Source: Dehalococcoidia bacterium
Lineage (GTDB): Bacteria; Chloroflexota; Dehalococcoidia; Lucifugimonadales; Australimonadaceae
Length of the DNA stretch: 64,000 nucleotides
Direction: 5' to 3'
Assembly: GCA_963579135.1 (NCBI GenBank)
Contig: CAUZFB010000008.1
Span: forward strand, 2,049-66,048
Numbering within the stretch: the first letter of the stretch is position 1; every line of letters starts with the position of its first letter. Shown piece after piece: positions 1 through 9,609 of the stretch. A program made the translations under genes and the position numbers. The notes beneath the pieces were generated by a model, which did not search any database, was not told the origin of the DNA, and saw only the letters and a list, made by a program, of their open reading frames with translations.

Positions 1-304
1 GCACGTGCAACGTGTGCCGTCCGAGTACAACGCGTTCGCCTACATCGTGGAAGGCCAGGGGCGTTTCGGAATCGACGAGCCGGAGGACGCGGTCGAGGGG
101 AATCTCGTGGCGTTCGACCAAGACGGTGGACAGATCCGCGTGACGAACACAGGCGATAAGCCCCTCAGTTTCCTGCTCTTAGGCGGCTTGCCAATCAACG
201 AGCAATTGGCTCGCTACGGCCCCTTTGTGATGAACACGGAAGAGGAAATACATGCGGCCATTGAGGACTACCACGCTGGCCGCATGGGCGTAATCGATTT
301 TTAA
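1..304 (+). CDS. pirin family protein, C-terminal fragment (5' end lies upstream of the window)
   Basis: ORF is open at the window edge (track 5..304). The tail LLLGGLPINEQLARYGPFVMNTEEEIHAAIEDYHAGRMG looks like the pirin C-terminal cupin domain. Confidence 0.7.
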   Translation, partial: HVQRVPSEYNAFAYIVEGQGRFGIDEPEDAVEGNLVAFDQDGGQIRVTNTGDKPLSFLLLGGLPINEQLARYGPFVMNTEEEIHAAIEDYHAGRMGVIDF

Positions 305-347
305 GCGATACCGGCTTGGCGGAAGCATTCGATCAGCTAGGGACTTA

Positions 348-1466
348 TCACCTAACGACGCCCATGACGCCGGTGGTGTAGCGGTCCACTGCGTCGCGGT
401 CGACTTCGATGCCGAGCCCGGGGGTCTGGGGCACGGTGATGTGGCCTCGTACGGGTACCAGGGGGTGCACGAGGAGGTCGCTCTCAAGCCAGCGACCAGA
501 GGTGAGCGCGCTGGCTTCCGCTTCACCCAGGCATGATGCGAGGTGAAGCGCGGCGGCAGTGCCGACGCCTGTTTCCATGGACGACGCGACCACCGAGCGC
601 AGGCCGTGCTCAGCGGCGAGGGCCATAATGGCCTGGGTTGCGCGGATCCCACCGGCAAGGGTGGGCTTGACGACGAGGACGGCGGCGGCGCCTGCTTGGA
701 TGATCTTCTCGGCGTCGTCCAACGTCTTGAGAGACTCGTCGGCGGCGATGGGCATCGGCACGGAGTTGCGCACCTCGGCCATGCCCTTAAGGTCCAGGTT
801 CATGACCGGCTGCTCGACGAACTCTAGGTTGAACGGTTCGAGCATCTTGAGGGTGGTGATGGCGCGGTCCGGGCTCCAAGCCTCGTCGGCGTCTGCTCGA
901 AGGGCTACGTCGTAGCCGATGGCATCGCGCACCTCCCGGACGACAGCGATATCGTGGTCCGGGAAGCGCGAGCCGATGGACAGCTTCACGCAAATGAAGC
1001 CGTCGTCGACCGCCTGCTTCGCTTGGCGTGCAGCCTCATCGGGCTCGACGAAGCTGATGTCGGCGCAGATGGGCACCCAGTCGATTACGCCGTTGAGCAA
1101 GTCCTCGATGGGACGGAGGCGTTGCTGGCCGATGAGATCCAGCGTTGCGGTCTCTAGGCCGAAACGCAAGACATCGCCCTCGGCGGTGTGCGGCGTAAGC
1201 GCGGAAACGACATCGAACGCCATGCTCGGCGTGAGTCCGATGGTCGTAGGCGCGAGATCGTGGAGCATGGCGCCAATGTCGGCGATACGATCCTCGCTGG
1301 CCGAACCTGGGGGTGAGGCCTCGCCGACGCCCATGAAACCGTCGTCGGTCTGCATCCAGAGCAACAGGGCGTAGCGCACGAGCTGCTTACCGCCGGTGTC
1401 CTCTGGATGGCCATACGGGACTTTCACCCCTCGCCATTCGACCTTCACGATTTCCATGCGGGCCAT
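348..1466 (-). CDS. enolase-superfamily enzyme (mandelate racemase/muconate lactonizing family; OSBS / N-acylamino-acid racemase / dipeptide epimerase-like)
   Basis: 372-aa ORF with MR/MLE-type catalytic and metal ligand contexts: CVKLSIG, RADADEAW, EFVEQP, AADES, VVKP. Confidence 0.85.
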   Translation of the reverse strand: MARMEIVKVEWRGVKVPYGHPEDTGGKQLVRYALLLWMQTDDGFMGVGEASPPGSASEDRIADIGAMLHDLAPTTIGLTPSMAFDVVSALTPHTAEGDVLRFGLETATLDLIGQQRLRPIEDLLNGVIDWVPICADISFVEPDEAARQAKQAVDDGFICVKLSIGSRFPDHDIAVVREVRDAIGYDVALRADADEAWSPDRAITTLKMLEPFNLEFVEQPVMNLDLKGMAEVRNSVPMPIAADESLKTLDDAEKIIQAGAAAVLVVKPTLAGGIRATQAIMALAAEHGLRSVVASSMETGVGTAAALHLASCLGEAEASALTSGRWLESDLLVHPLVPVRGHITVPQTPGLGIEVDRDAVDRYTTGVMGVVR

Positions 1467-1515
1467 TATGCGGTGTGGGGTACAGCTGAGCCAGAGGAGG
1501 CGCCACAGAATCTAG

Positions 1516-4020
1516 CTAGGCCATCTCGTCCGAGACAGCAGTGGCATAGCGTGCGACGGTCGCAGCGAGGGTGGCGTTGCGCCCTAGCGTGGGGTCCTGT
1601 TCGATGAGCGCCTGCGCTTCGGTGCGGGCCGACGTCAGCAGGTCGCGATCGTCGAGGCGGGCCATCTTGAGCGTTGGCAAGCCGGACTGACGCGTGCCGA
1701 AGTAATCGCCAGGCCCGCGCAACTTGAGGTCGGCCTCCGCAATCTCGAAGCCGTCGTTGGTCTTCAGCAACACTTGGAATCGCGCTTTAGCGTCCTCCGA
1801 TATCGAGTCCGAGAGCAGCAGGCAGTAACTCTGGAACTCTCCGCGCCCGACACGCCCTCGTAACTGATGCAACTGGGCCAGGCCGAAGCGGTCGGCGCCC
1901 TGGATCATCATGACCGTTGCGTTGGGCACGTCGATGCCCACCTCGATGACGGGCGTGGTGACTAGGACGTCGAGCCCACCGGAGCGGAACAGGTCCATCA
2001 CCGACTGCTTCTCGTTAAGGGGCATCCTGCCGTGCAGCAGACCCAGGCGCAGCTGGGACAGCGTGGTCTCACGAAGGCGGTCAAACTCGACGGTCGCAGC
2101 CCGAGCGAGCACGGACTCCGACTCGTCGATCAGCGGGCACACCACGAACGCCTGACGACCGGCGGCCACCTCGTTGACGATGAAGGCTTCAGCGTCGGCC
2201 GCCCGGCTCACCGGCACCTGGCGCGTCTTGATCGCCAGGCGGCCCGAAGGCAGTTCGGGGATGGTGGAGGCATCAAGATCGCCGTAGACGGTGAGCGCGA
2301 GGGTTCGCGGGATCGGAGTGGCGGACATGAGCAGCAAGTGGGGCATCCGCGACGCGTTGTCCCGAAGCGCAGCCCGCTGGAGAACACCGAAGCGGTGCTG
2401 CTCATCAACGACGGCGAGGGCCAGGTTGGCCAGCTTGACGTCCTTCTGAATCAGCGCGTGGGTGCCAACGAGGATGTCCATCGTCCCCTCGCCGGCGCGG
2501 CGGAGCAGCTCGCGACGGGCGGCGGCTTTGGTGCTGCCGGTGAGCAAGCCAATGGTGATCGGGACCGGGTGCGGCTCGAGATACGCGGTGAACCAGTCCT
2601 GCTCAAGGCTGGGCTGGAGCAGCGCTTCTAGCAGGCGGCGGACGCCCAGGAAGTGTTGTTCCGCCAGCACTTCGGTGGGTGCCATGAGCGCACCCTGGTA
2701 GCCATCGGCAACAGCGGTGAGGAGCATCGCGAGCGCCACGACCGTTTTGCCGCTACCCACGTCGCCCTGCAGCAGGCGGCTCATGGGGTGCTTGGCGTAC
2801 TCAACATCCCGCGTCGCCTCGGCAATCGAGGTGATCTGACCGTCGGTCAGATCGAACGGCAGCGACGCGATGAAAGTTTTAACGGCGTCCGGCATGGGGT
2901 TGAGCGGGATTCCAGGGTCTTCACCAACGGGGCGTGAGCGTTTGGCCGCGACGGCAAGCTGGAGCACGAGGAGTTCATCGAACGCAAGGCGACGGCGCGC
3001 GAGCTCGAAGGCTTCGTTGGAATCGGGGTAGTGCGCCTGGCTGATCGCTTTGCCCAGCGGCCATAGGCCGTTGCGGGCAATCACGTCCTGGGGCAAGGGG
3101 TCTTCTATCTCGAGCACGCCGTCCCTGGTCTGGGAGAGCAACGCCTCGCGGATGATCCGGCGCACGGTCTTCTGATAAAGGCCTTCGGTCCCCGGGTAGA
3201 CCGGTACGAGGCGGCCCGTGTTCACCAGCTCGTAGGTATCCGGGTCGTCAACCATTTCCCACTCCGGGGAGTCCATCTGCTTGCGGCCGTTGTAGGCGGA
3301 GACCTTGCCGGAGAGGGAGATCTGGGGCTTCTGGCCACCCGCACCGGCCAGGATGGCGATGGTGCGCTTGAGGTTCTGGGCGACCCATGGCTGGTTAAAC
3401 CACATGATGCGCATGTTGCCCGTGGCGTCGCCGACGACGGCTTCGGTGGCCCGCATACGCCCGCCACGACCCAGGCGTTTCTCGTTGGCCTCCCACAGCA
3501 TACCGACTATGGTCTGCTCTTCGCCGACGACGGCCTGGGCGATAGGGCGGAGGGCGCTGTAGTCCTGATGACGGTTGGGGAAGAGCCATAGCAGGTCACG
3601 GACGGTCTCCACGCCGAGCGTCGCGAGCTTCTCGCCGGTCGGGCGAGTGACGCTCTTGAGCGCGGTGGTGGGGTCATCGAGGGCGATAGCGGGGCCGCCA
3701 GGTGCTTTAGGTGCGGGAGGAAGCGGCACGGGCCGCTCGCGCTGCTTGGGCGGCGGTGGCGTTTCGCCGATGAACCGCTCAACCTCGCGGAACCAGCGCT
3801 GCCGTTGCGCGCCGTCCAACTCACGATAGCCGACGGACAAAAGGCCTAGCTCATCGAGCGTCGTGAGGAGGGAGTGGTGCCTGGCATTGGCGTGCAGGTT
3901 GCGGAGGAAACCGTCGAGGCCGCCCGTCACCATTTTGTCACGGAATCCATCGACGGCCTCAGCCGCGATAATCTTGCGGAGGGCGTCGAGTTGGTTTGCG
4001 GGGTCAGGACGATTGTTCAC
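1516..4020 (-). CDS. recG: ATP-dependent DNA helicase RecG
   Basis: 834-aa ORF. SF2 helicase motifs GDVGSGKT and DEQHRFG, then LLMSATPIPRT, in RecG-type order. Has an N-terminal extension of about 130 aa with a Pro-rich linker. Confidence 0.95.
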   Translation of the reverse strand: MNNRPDPANQLDALRKIIAAEAVDGFRDKMVTGGLDGFLRNLHANARHHSLLTTLDELGLLSVGYRELDGAQRQRWFREVERFIGETPPPPKQRERPVPLPPAPKAPGGPAIALDDPTTALKSVTRPTGEKLATLGVETVRDLLWLFPNRHQDYSALRPIAQAVVGEEQTIVGMLWEANEKRLGRGGRMRATEAVVGDATGNMRIMWFNQPWVAQNLKRTIAILAGAGGQKPQISLSGKVSAYNGRKQMDSPEWEMVDDPDTYELVNTGRLVPVYPGTEGLYQKTVRRIIREALLSQTRDGVLEIEDPLPQDVIARNGLWPLGKAISQAHYPDSNEAFELARRRLAFDELLVLQLAVAAKRSRPVGEDPGIPLNPMPDAVKTFIASLPFDLTDGQITSIAEATRDVEYAKHPMSRLLQGDVGSGKTVVALAMLLTAVADGYQGALMAPTEVLAEQHFLGVRRLLEALLQPSLEQDWFTAYLEPHPVPITIGLLTGSTKAAARRELLRRAGEGTMDILVGTHALIQKDVKLANLALAVVDEQHRFGVLQRAALRDNASRMPHLLLMSATPIPRTLALTVYGDLDASTIPELPSGRLAIKTRQVPVSRAADAEAFIVNEVAAGRQAFVVCPLIDESESVLARAATVEFDRLRETTLSQLRLGLLHGRMPLNEKQSVMDLFRSGGLDVLVTTPVIEVGIDVPNATVMMIQGADRFGLAQLHQLRGRVGRGEFQSYCLLLSDSISEDAKARFQVLLKTNDGFEIAEADLKLRGPGDYFGTRQSGLPTLKMARLDDRDLLTSARTEAQALIEQDPTLGRNATLAATVARYATAVSDEMA

Positions 4021-4296
4021 GACGGTTAGCGTAGCAGGAGTGCGGGTGGTTTAAAGGTGCTCCGGGAGCAGCGCGCGAACACGTTGAATTGGGCTATGCG
4101 CGGGGGGTGTCACCCGCACCCCCGCCAGAGGAGTGCCTCTGCACACCCTGACCCCGGACCCGTTGGGAGACACGTGATGTCGCGGGTCGGGGCTCATCAG
4201 TGACGTGTATCGTCCGGTAGTAGAGCGTAGCGGGAAAGGGGGCGATGGGACGAGTGGCGTTTGTCAGCAGGGCCTGCGGCCGATTGTCGTTCGGCT

Positions 4297-4923
4297 CTAC
4301 AAGGACAACTTGATCTCGCGCGTTACCGCGCCGTCGCTTGCCACCAGGAGGAGGATCTGCCCCTGCAATTTTTCGTTGGGCACTCGGAAGACGGTTTTGA
4401 ACGGGGAACCATGCGAGATGTGAGGATGTTCACGTCCGGGATCGGTCACCGCAATGAAATGGGGATCTCCAGTGAAACGGGGTTGTTGGATACGCCCGAA
4501 ATCTCCACACGGAGCTCGCGGTAGTCGATGCCAGGCCCGGTCCTTACCGACGCGACTTCGACATCCCCACGTTGTGCGGACAAGCTGAGCGCTGATGATC
4601 TTCTGCTGGTCGTCCTTGCCGCAGCCGCCGGCGTACATCCGCTGTGTGTCGACGGGCAATTTCACGAAATGCGGGTCGGCTCCCGCAACGCCCGTGCTAG
4701 TGATCCAATCCCACTGAAGGCCCTCTTCCGATCGCGCCGACCAAACCTCTACGTGACGCCAGAAGAGCATCAGGTCGCTTCCGTCGGGCTCGACCATCGC
4801 GTGTGGATGGCGGGCAGTATCGGCGGTATCGCTGCGATCCTCAGTACCTAGTCGATGGCCTAGATCCTGATCCCACTGCAACAGGTCGGTCGAGAAAGCG
4901 CTATAGATTCGGGCTCCCGCCAC
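4297..4923 (-). CDS. hypothetical protein with beta-propeller-like blade repeats (glycosidase/BNR-like appearance)
   Basis: 208-aa ORF starting 8 nt after the upstream gene's stop. Repeated blade-like segments: IYSAFSTDLLQWD, VEVWSARSEEGLQWDW, DPHFVKLPVDTQRMYAGG, DPHFIAVTDPG. GC looks lower than the neighbours by eye, and the 3' half is poorly convincing. Confidence 0.4.
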   Translation of the reverse strand: MAGARIYSAFSTDLLQWDQDLGHRLGTEDRSDTADTARHPHAMVEPDGSDLMLFWRHVEVWSARSEEGLQWDWITSTGVAGADPHFVKLPVDTQRMYAGGCGKDDQQKIISAQLVRTTWGCRSRVGKDRAWHRLPRAPCGDFGRIQQPRFTGDPHFIAVTDPGREHPHISHGSPFKTVFRVPNEKLQGQILLLVASDGAVTREIKLSL

Positions 4924-4931
4924 GGGCGGGC

Positions 4932-6029
4932 CTAAAGCACTTGGAGTTCCCCGGTGTCTGAGGCGCGTTGGACGGTGTCGACGAATTTGTGGTGCTCGAC
5001 TGCGGCATCGAAGTCGGGGTTGAAGTCGGTGCTGCCGTTTTGGAGAGATTCGGCATAGGCGGCCCAGAGTTTGCCGATGTTGACCGATTGGTCTGTGAGG
5101 CCGTTGGCGGTGACCCAGCGTGCTTGGGGTACGTCGATGACGACGAGGGTTTCGTCGCCCTGGGCGCCACGAAGCGTGGCGCCGCCACCAGCGTGGGGCG
5201 AGCCTGGCGCTTCGAGCACGAGCGAGCCCCTAGTGCCGTGGACGACGGTACGGTGGCCCGTTGAGCCTGTGACGACCTGGCCGACGTGGATGGAGACGGC
5301 GGCGCCGCTCTTGAGCGTGCCGATGACGCGAATGTCGTCTGGTGCGTCAACCGAGAAGGTCTCGCCGGTGTCGGAAGCGGTCCACTCGGCGACGTGATTG
5401 GTCACCTGGGCGGACAGCGACTCGAAGCGGCCAACGGCTGTCATGAGCAGGTCGACGGCATGACCGAAGGTGATGGTGAGCACGTTGGCCCCAGCAGCCT
5501 TGTCGCGCATCCAGATGCGACCAGAGGGCCGAGCGAGGGCGCCGGTGCTGAACTGCGTCATATCCACGGACAGGACGTCTCCCACGTAACCGTCATCGAT
5601 GAGCCTGTGGATGTGCAGGGCCTCGGCAGAGCGGCGGGACTGAAGGCCGACGGCGGTGCGGACGCCTTTCTCCTTGGCGAGGGCGGCAAGCTCTTCCGCC
5701 TGGGCGGTGGTGGTGCCCAGCGGCCACTCAACATAGATGTTCTTACCGGACTCGATGATGTCCTTGGCCAGCTCGTAGTGAAGCGGAAGCTTGACGACGA
5801 CTGCGGCGACGTCAATGTCATCCCGCTCAAGCATCTTGCGGTGATCGTCGAAGGCGTGCTCGGCACCGAACGTGGCGGCGGCCTCATCGGCGCTCTCCTG
5901 GCGGGTGGTACTGACGCCGAGGAGGTGGACACCGGGGACGCCGGCTTTGATACCTGGCATGTGGGCGCGGCCTGCCCAGCCCTTGGTTGGGTTAGCCCCA
6001 ATGATTCCGATACGCACGTTGTCCGCCAT
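4932..6029 (-). CDS. Gfo/Idh/MocA family oxidoreductase
   Basis: 365-aa ORF. N-terminal Rossmann segment VRIGIIGANPTKGWAGRAH and the EWPL motif typical of the family. Confidence 0.9.
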   Translation of the reverse strand: MADNVRIGIIGANPTKGWAGRAHMPGIKAGVPGVHLLGVSTTRQESADEAAATFGAEHAFDDHRKMLERDDIDVAAVVVKLPLHYELAKDIIESGKNIYVEWPLGTTTAQAEELAALAKEKGVRTAVGLQSRRSAEALHIHRLIDDGYVGDVLSVDMTQFSTGALARPSGRIWMRDKAAGANVLTITFGHAVDLLMTAVGRFESLSAQVTNHVAEWTASDTGETFSVDAPDDIRVIGTLKSGAAVSIHVGQVVTGSTGHRTVVHGTRGSLVLEAPGSPHAGGGATLRGAQGDETLVVIDVPQARWVTANGLTDQSVNIGKLWAAYAESLQNGSTDFNPDFDAAVEHHKFVDTVQRASDTGELQVL

Positions 6030-6201
6030 TGCACTCTCCTTACACGCCTAGGTTTCAGGCGCAACGTTACCCCAATCCAGCGAGGGACGCTACGTCCCGA
6101 CCATGAGCACGGACGCTCGTTGACCCATGTTTGGGCGCACCATAGACTTTCGGCGGGTTGCTATCGGCTCGCAACGACTCGTGAGTAGAGGGGGTGAGGG
6201 G

Positions 6202-6831
6202 ATGTCCTGGATTACTGAAACAGGTGTCGATTCTGAGGCCGTCGAGGAAGAAGCGCGACGGATGGCTGACCAGAAGCCTGGTAGAGCGCGCTCCGGCGGG
6301 GGCCGCATGTCGCCGATCATGAGTGTGATGTCGCTGAACCCGCGGGCGCTGAAGGGCGTGCGGGACATGAATTCCGCGATCACCTTCGGGACCTCGGCGC
6401 TGAGCCGGGTGCAGGAAGAGGCGATCGCGACCACAGTGGCACAGGCGAATCACTGCCGTTACTGAACGATGGCTGACGGAGAGTTTCTCCGTCAGCACTC
6501 CGAGGACCCGGAGCTCGCTAGCCATGTGATCCATGACTACCGCAACGGGAACTGGGCCCCGAAGACCCGAGCGATGCTGGATTACGCGTCAAAGCTAACG
6601 TGTCAGCCGCAGAGTGTCACAAAGGCGGACTTCGACGGCCTGAAGGAACAGGGGCTCACCGAGGACGAGATACTGTCAAACGTGCTCCTCACGTGCACGT
6701 TCGCGTTCATGACGAGCTTGGCGGACGGGGCTGGGCGTGGAGAGCCTGCCGAGGGTCGCCAGGAGTGGGTCGAGGAATGGATTCAGGGACCCGCTCGCGA
6801 CCAGGAGTGGCTGCTGAACCCGAAGTCGTAG
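6202..6831 (+). CDS. AhpD/carboxymuconolactone-decarboxylase-like peroxidase-related protein, probable selenoprotein (in-frame TGA 6463..6465 read as Sec; CxxU motif)
   Basis: Track ORFs 6127..6465 and 6469..6831 share one frame and are separated by one TGA. The joined 209-aa product has full-length family architecture (MSWI..., ..SRVQEEAIATTVAQANHCRY-TGA-..., ..PKTRAMLDYASKLT.., ..GLTEDEILSN..). The TGA sits where the second Cys of the CxxC motif is expected. ATG 6202 is preceded by a GGGGGTGAGGGG SD. Confidence 0.7.
6472..6496 (+). promoter_or_regulatory. putative bacterial SECIS hairpin
   Basis: Perfect 11-bp stem GCTGACGGAGA / TCTCCGTCAGC with apical GTT, starting 6 nt after the TGA. The apical G/U loop lies 18-20 nt downstream of the UGA. 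Confidence 0.55.
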
Positions 6832-7020
6832 GCAGAGCGAGGGGGGGGGCGCGGAGCGGAGTTCCCGTTGGGGGGGCTTGAGGACGCGAGAGAGATTCTT
6901 CTCGGCCTACGGCACGATCAGAATGACGTAAATGGGGCCTGGCCAAACCGGCTGGTGACCACGCAGGTTGACAGTCAGGCCGCTGGTTTGCCAGATTGCC
7001 TGAAATAAAGGTAGAAACAC

Positions 7021-7914
7021 ATGAACGTAGGATTCATTGGACTCGGGAAGATGGGCGGGCCTATGGCCCGGAACCTGATCAATGCGGGCCATACTCTCGT
7101 GGTGAGCGACGTGAACGAAGCTGCGACGGCGCAGCACCGTGAGCTCGGCGCTACGTGGGCGGCGACGCCGCGTGAAGTCGCGAGCAGTAGCGAGGTGGTC
7201 TTCACGTCATTGCCAGGCCCGGCAGAGGTCGACGCGGTGGTGCTCGGCCGCGACGGGCTTATCGAGGGCTTCATTCCTGGCACGATCTACGTGGACCTGT
7301 CGACGGGGTCACCGACGGCGATCCGGCGGGTTGCGGAACGCATCGAGGCGGCAGGCGCCCACGTCATCGACGCGCCGGTGAGCGGCGGAGTACAGGGCGC
7401 GGACAAGGGAACGTTGGCGGTAATGGTTGGCGGCAATCCGCAGATTGTTGAGCGCGTGCGGCCGTTGCTCGAAGTGATTGGCGCAAGCGTCGTGTATGTG
7501 GGCGGCGTGGGCTCGGGCACGGTGGCCAAGCTGGTGCACAACGCGATCTCGATGACCACGCGAATCGTTATCCAAGAGGGGATGACACTGGCCGTGAAGG
7601 CGGGTGTCGATCCGAACGTGATGCTGAACGTGCTACGTGAGGCGTCGTTCGGCAAGCAGTTGGTGCTGACCGACCACATCCCCGACCTGGTGCTAAAGGG
7701 CGACTTCGATCACCCCCGGTTCAGCCTAGGCCTATCCCACAAAGACGTGAGCCTAGCGTTGGAACTGGCGAGAGAGATGGAAGCACCCATGGGCATGGCC
7801 GAGAAGGCAGATGAGGAGATCCAACGCGGCATTGATCGTGGCTGGGCCGACCGAGACAATCTGGTGACGTTCCTGCTGGCCGAAGAGCGGGCAGGCGTCG
7901 AAGTCAGGGAATGA
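7021..7914 (+). CDS. NAD(P)-dependent oxidoreductase, 3-hydroxyisobutyrate / 6-phosphogluconate dehydrogenase-like family
   Basis: 297-aa ORF with the N-terminal dinucleotide fold VGFIGLGKMGGPMARNL. Family-typical length. Confidence 0.9.
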   Translation: MNVGFIGLGKMGGPMARNLINAGHTLVVSDVNEAATAQHRELGATWAATPREVASSSEVVFTSLPGPAEVDAVVLGRDGLIEGFIPGTIYVDLSTGSPTAIRRVAERIEAAGAHVIDAPVSGGVQGADKGTLAVMVGGNPQIVERVRPLLEVIGASVVYVGGVGSGTVAKLVHNAISMTTRIVIQEGMTLAVKAGVDPNVMLNVLREASFGKQLVLTDHIPDLVLKGDFDHPRFSLGLSHKDVSLALELAREMEAPMGMAEKADEEIQRGIDRGWADRDNLVTFLLAEERAGVEVRE

Positions 7915-9353
7915 TGAACGAACTGGTAAGGCTCACCGCACGGAACGCGGTGGATCTGTTACGCAAGCGCGAGGTGACGCCTGTCGAGCTGGTGGATGCA
8001 GCTGCGGAGCGGATCGCCGGGGTGGAGCCAGCGGTGAATGCGCTGCCTACGCTGGCGGTGGAGCGAGCACGGGAGCACGCACAGCGACTGATGAAGGACG
8101 CAGCGCCGTCCAATCCGCCACGTGGCTACCTCTACGGATTGCCCGTGGCGATCAAGGATCTGAAGGATGTGGCGGGAGTGAGGTCGACGAAGGGCTCACC
8201 AATCTACGCGAACCACATCCCGGAACGCTCGGACTACCTGGTGGAGAACATCGAGGCCAAAGGCGGGATGGTGATCGCGAAGTCAAACACCCCCGAGTTC
8301 GGCGCGGGCGCGAACACGTTCAACCAGGTTTTCGGCAAGACCCGCAATCCTTGGAACACGTCCAAGACTTGCGGCGGATCGTCAGGCGGGTCGGCGGTGG
8401 CACTGGCGACGGGCGAGGTCTGGCTGGCGACGGGCTCCGATCTGGGAGGGTCGCTGCGGATCCCGGCCAGCTTCTGCTCGGTGGTGGGCATGCGCCCATC
8501 GCCCGGCCGCGTACCGTACGGCCCGAAGGACCTGCCGTTCGCAAGTCTGTCGGTCGAGGGACCGATGGCGCGCACCGTGGGCGACCTAGCACTGTTCCTG
8601 GACACGCAGGCTGGACAAGCGGCGTTGGACCCCATCAGCATTCCTGCGCCATCGAAAGCGTTCGTCGACGCGGTGGACTCGCCGGTCGCGCCCAAACGGG
8701 TCGCGTACACGAGCGATCTGGGCATCGCACCGGTGGATCCGGAGGTGCGGGCGATCTGCGAGGAAGCAGTCAAGCGATTCAAGGACTTCGGTGCGGCGGT
8801 TGAGGGTGCAACAATCGATCTGCGCGACGCAGAGGAGATCTTTCAAACGTTACGGGCAGCTCAGTTCGCGGCGCAGTTCGGCAACCTGCTGGAGCCTCAT
8901 CGGGAACTGCTGAAGGCGGACGTCATCTGGAACATCGAGAAGGGCCAGGCGCTGTCGGCCGAAGACGTGAACCGGGCAGAGCTGGCCCGCGGCGCGCTGT
9001 ACAACCGCACAGAGGCGTTCTTCAACGACTACGACTTGCTGGTCTCTCCTGCCGTGCTCCTGCCGGCGTACGACATCGACCAGGCGTACGTCACCGAGGC
9101 CGGAGGGGTGAAGTTCGACAATTACGTGAGCTGGCTGGTGATGTCGTTCGCGCTGACGTTGACGGCGTGTCCATCGATCTCGGTGCCGTGCGGTTTCACG
9201 GCAAGTGGCCTGCCTGTGGGTTTGCAGATCACGGCGCCGCGAGCCAACGAGGCAACACTGCTGTCGGCGGCGGCGTTGTTCGAACAGGCGATCGACCTGA
9301 ACTCAGGGGTGCCAATCGACCCGATTGTGCGGCACACGGAGGCGAGTCGATGA
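7911..9353 (+). CDS. amidase (amidase-signature family)
   Basis: 480-aa ORF with the GGSSGGSA signature and an upstream KD context. ATGA start/stop overlap with the preceding gene. Confidence 0.9.
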   Translation: MMNELVRLTARNAVDLLRKREVTPVELVDAAAERIAGVEPAVNALPTLAVERAREHAQRLMKDAAPSNPPRGYLYGLPVAIKDLKDVAGVRSTKGSPIYANHIPERSDYLVENIEAKGGMVIAKSNTPEFGAGANTFNQVFGKTRNPWNTSKTCGGSSGGSAVALATGEVWLATGSDLGGSLRIPASFCSVVGMRPSPGRVPYGPKDLPFASLSVEGPMARTVGDLALFLDTQAGQAALDPISIPAPSKAFVDAVDSPVAPKRVAYTSDLGIAPVDPEVRAICEEAVKRFKDFGAAVEGATIDLRDAEEIFQTLRAAQFAAQFGNLLEPHRELLKADVIWNIEKGQALSAEDVNRAELARGALYNRTEAFFNDYDLLVSPAVLLPAYDIDQAYVTEAGGVKFDNYVSWLVMSFALTLTACPSISVPCGFTASGLPVGLQITAPRANEATLLSAAALFEQAIDLNSGVPIDPIVRHTEASR

Positions 9354-9574
9354 CGTGGTGGGGCTACATTCTGCTAGGGATGGCGTGGGTCGCGACCGTG
9401 ACCGTGACACTGGTGATGAGCCTGGACGCGGCCACGAACGCGGTCTCGGCGGATCTTGCAGCCGACCCCAATGGACTCCAGATCGGGACAGCGGTGGTGT
9501 CGGCGGTTGTGTTTGCGGGACCGGGTCTGTTCTTCATCTTAAACGGCATCCGACAGGGGCGCCGCCGCTCCTAG
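9350..9574 (+). CDS. small hypothetical membrane protein (two predicted TM segments)
   Basis: ATG 9350 overlaps the amidase stop (ATGA). The 74-aa product MTWWGYILLGMAWVATVTVTLVM...VVSAVVFAGPGLFFILNGIRQGRRRS is hydrophobic with a basic tail. Confidence 0.45.
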   Translation: MTWWGYILLGMAWVATVTVTLVMSLDAATNAVSADLAADPNGLQIGTAVVSAVVFAGPGLFFILNGIRQGRRRS

Positions 9575-9609
9575 GAGCTACAAAGCACCTCCCACAAGGT
9601 TGCCCTAGA

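Noticed and set aside
4100-4192. Three consecutive GC-rich hairpins in the recG upstream region: GCGGGGG..CCCCCGC; AGAGG-AGTG-CCTCT; CCCCGGACCCG..CGGGTCGGGG.
   Set aside because: There is no T-tract and no match to any RNA family I can recall. Short GC stems are expected in a GC-rich spacer. They may simply be terminator-like structures after the upstream minus-strand operon.
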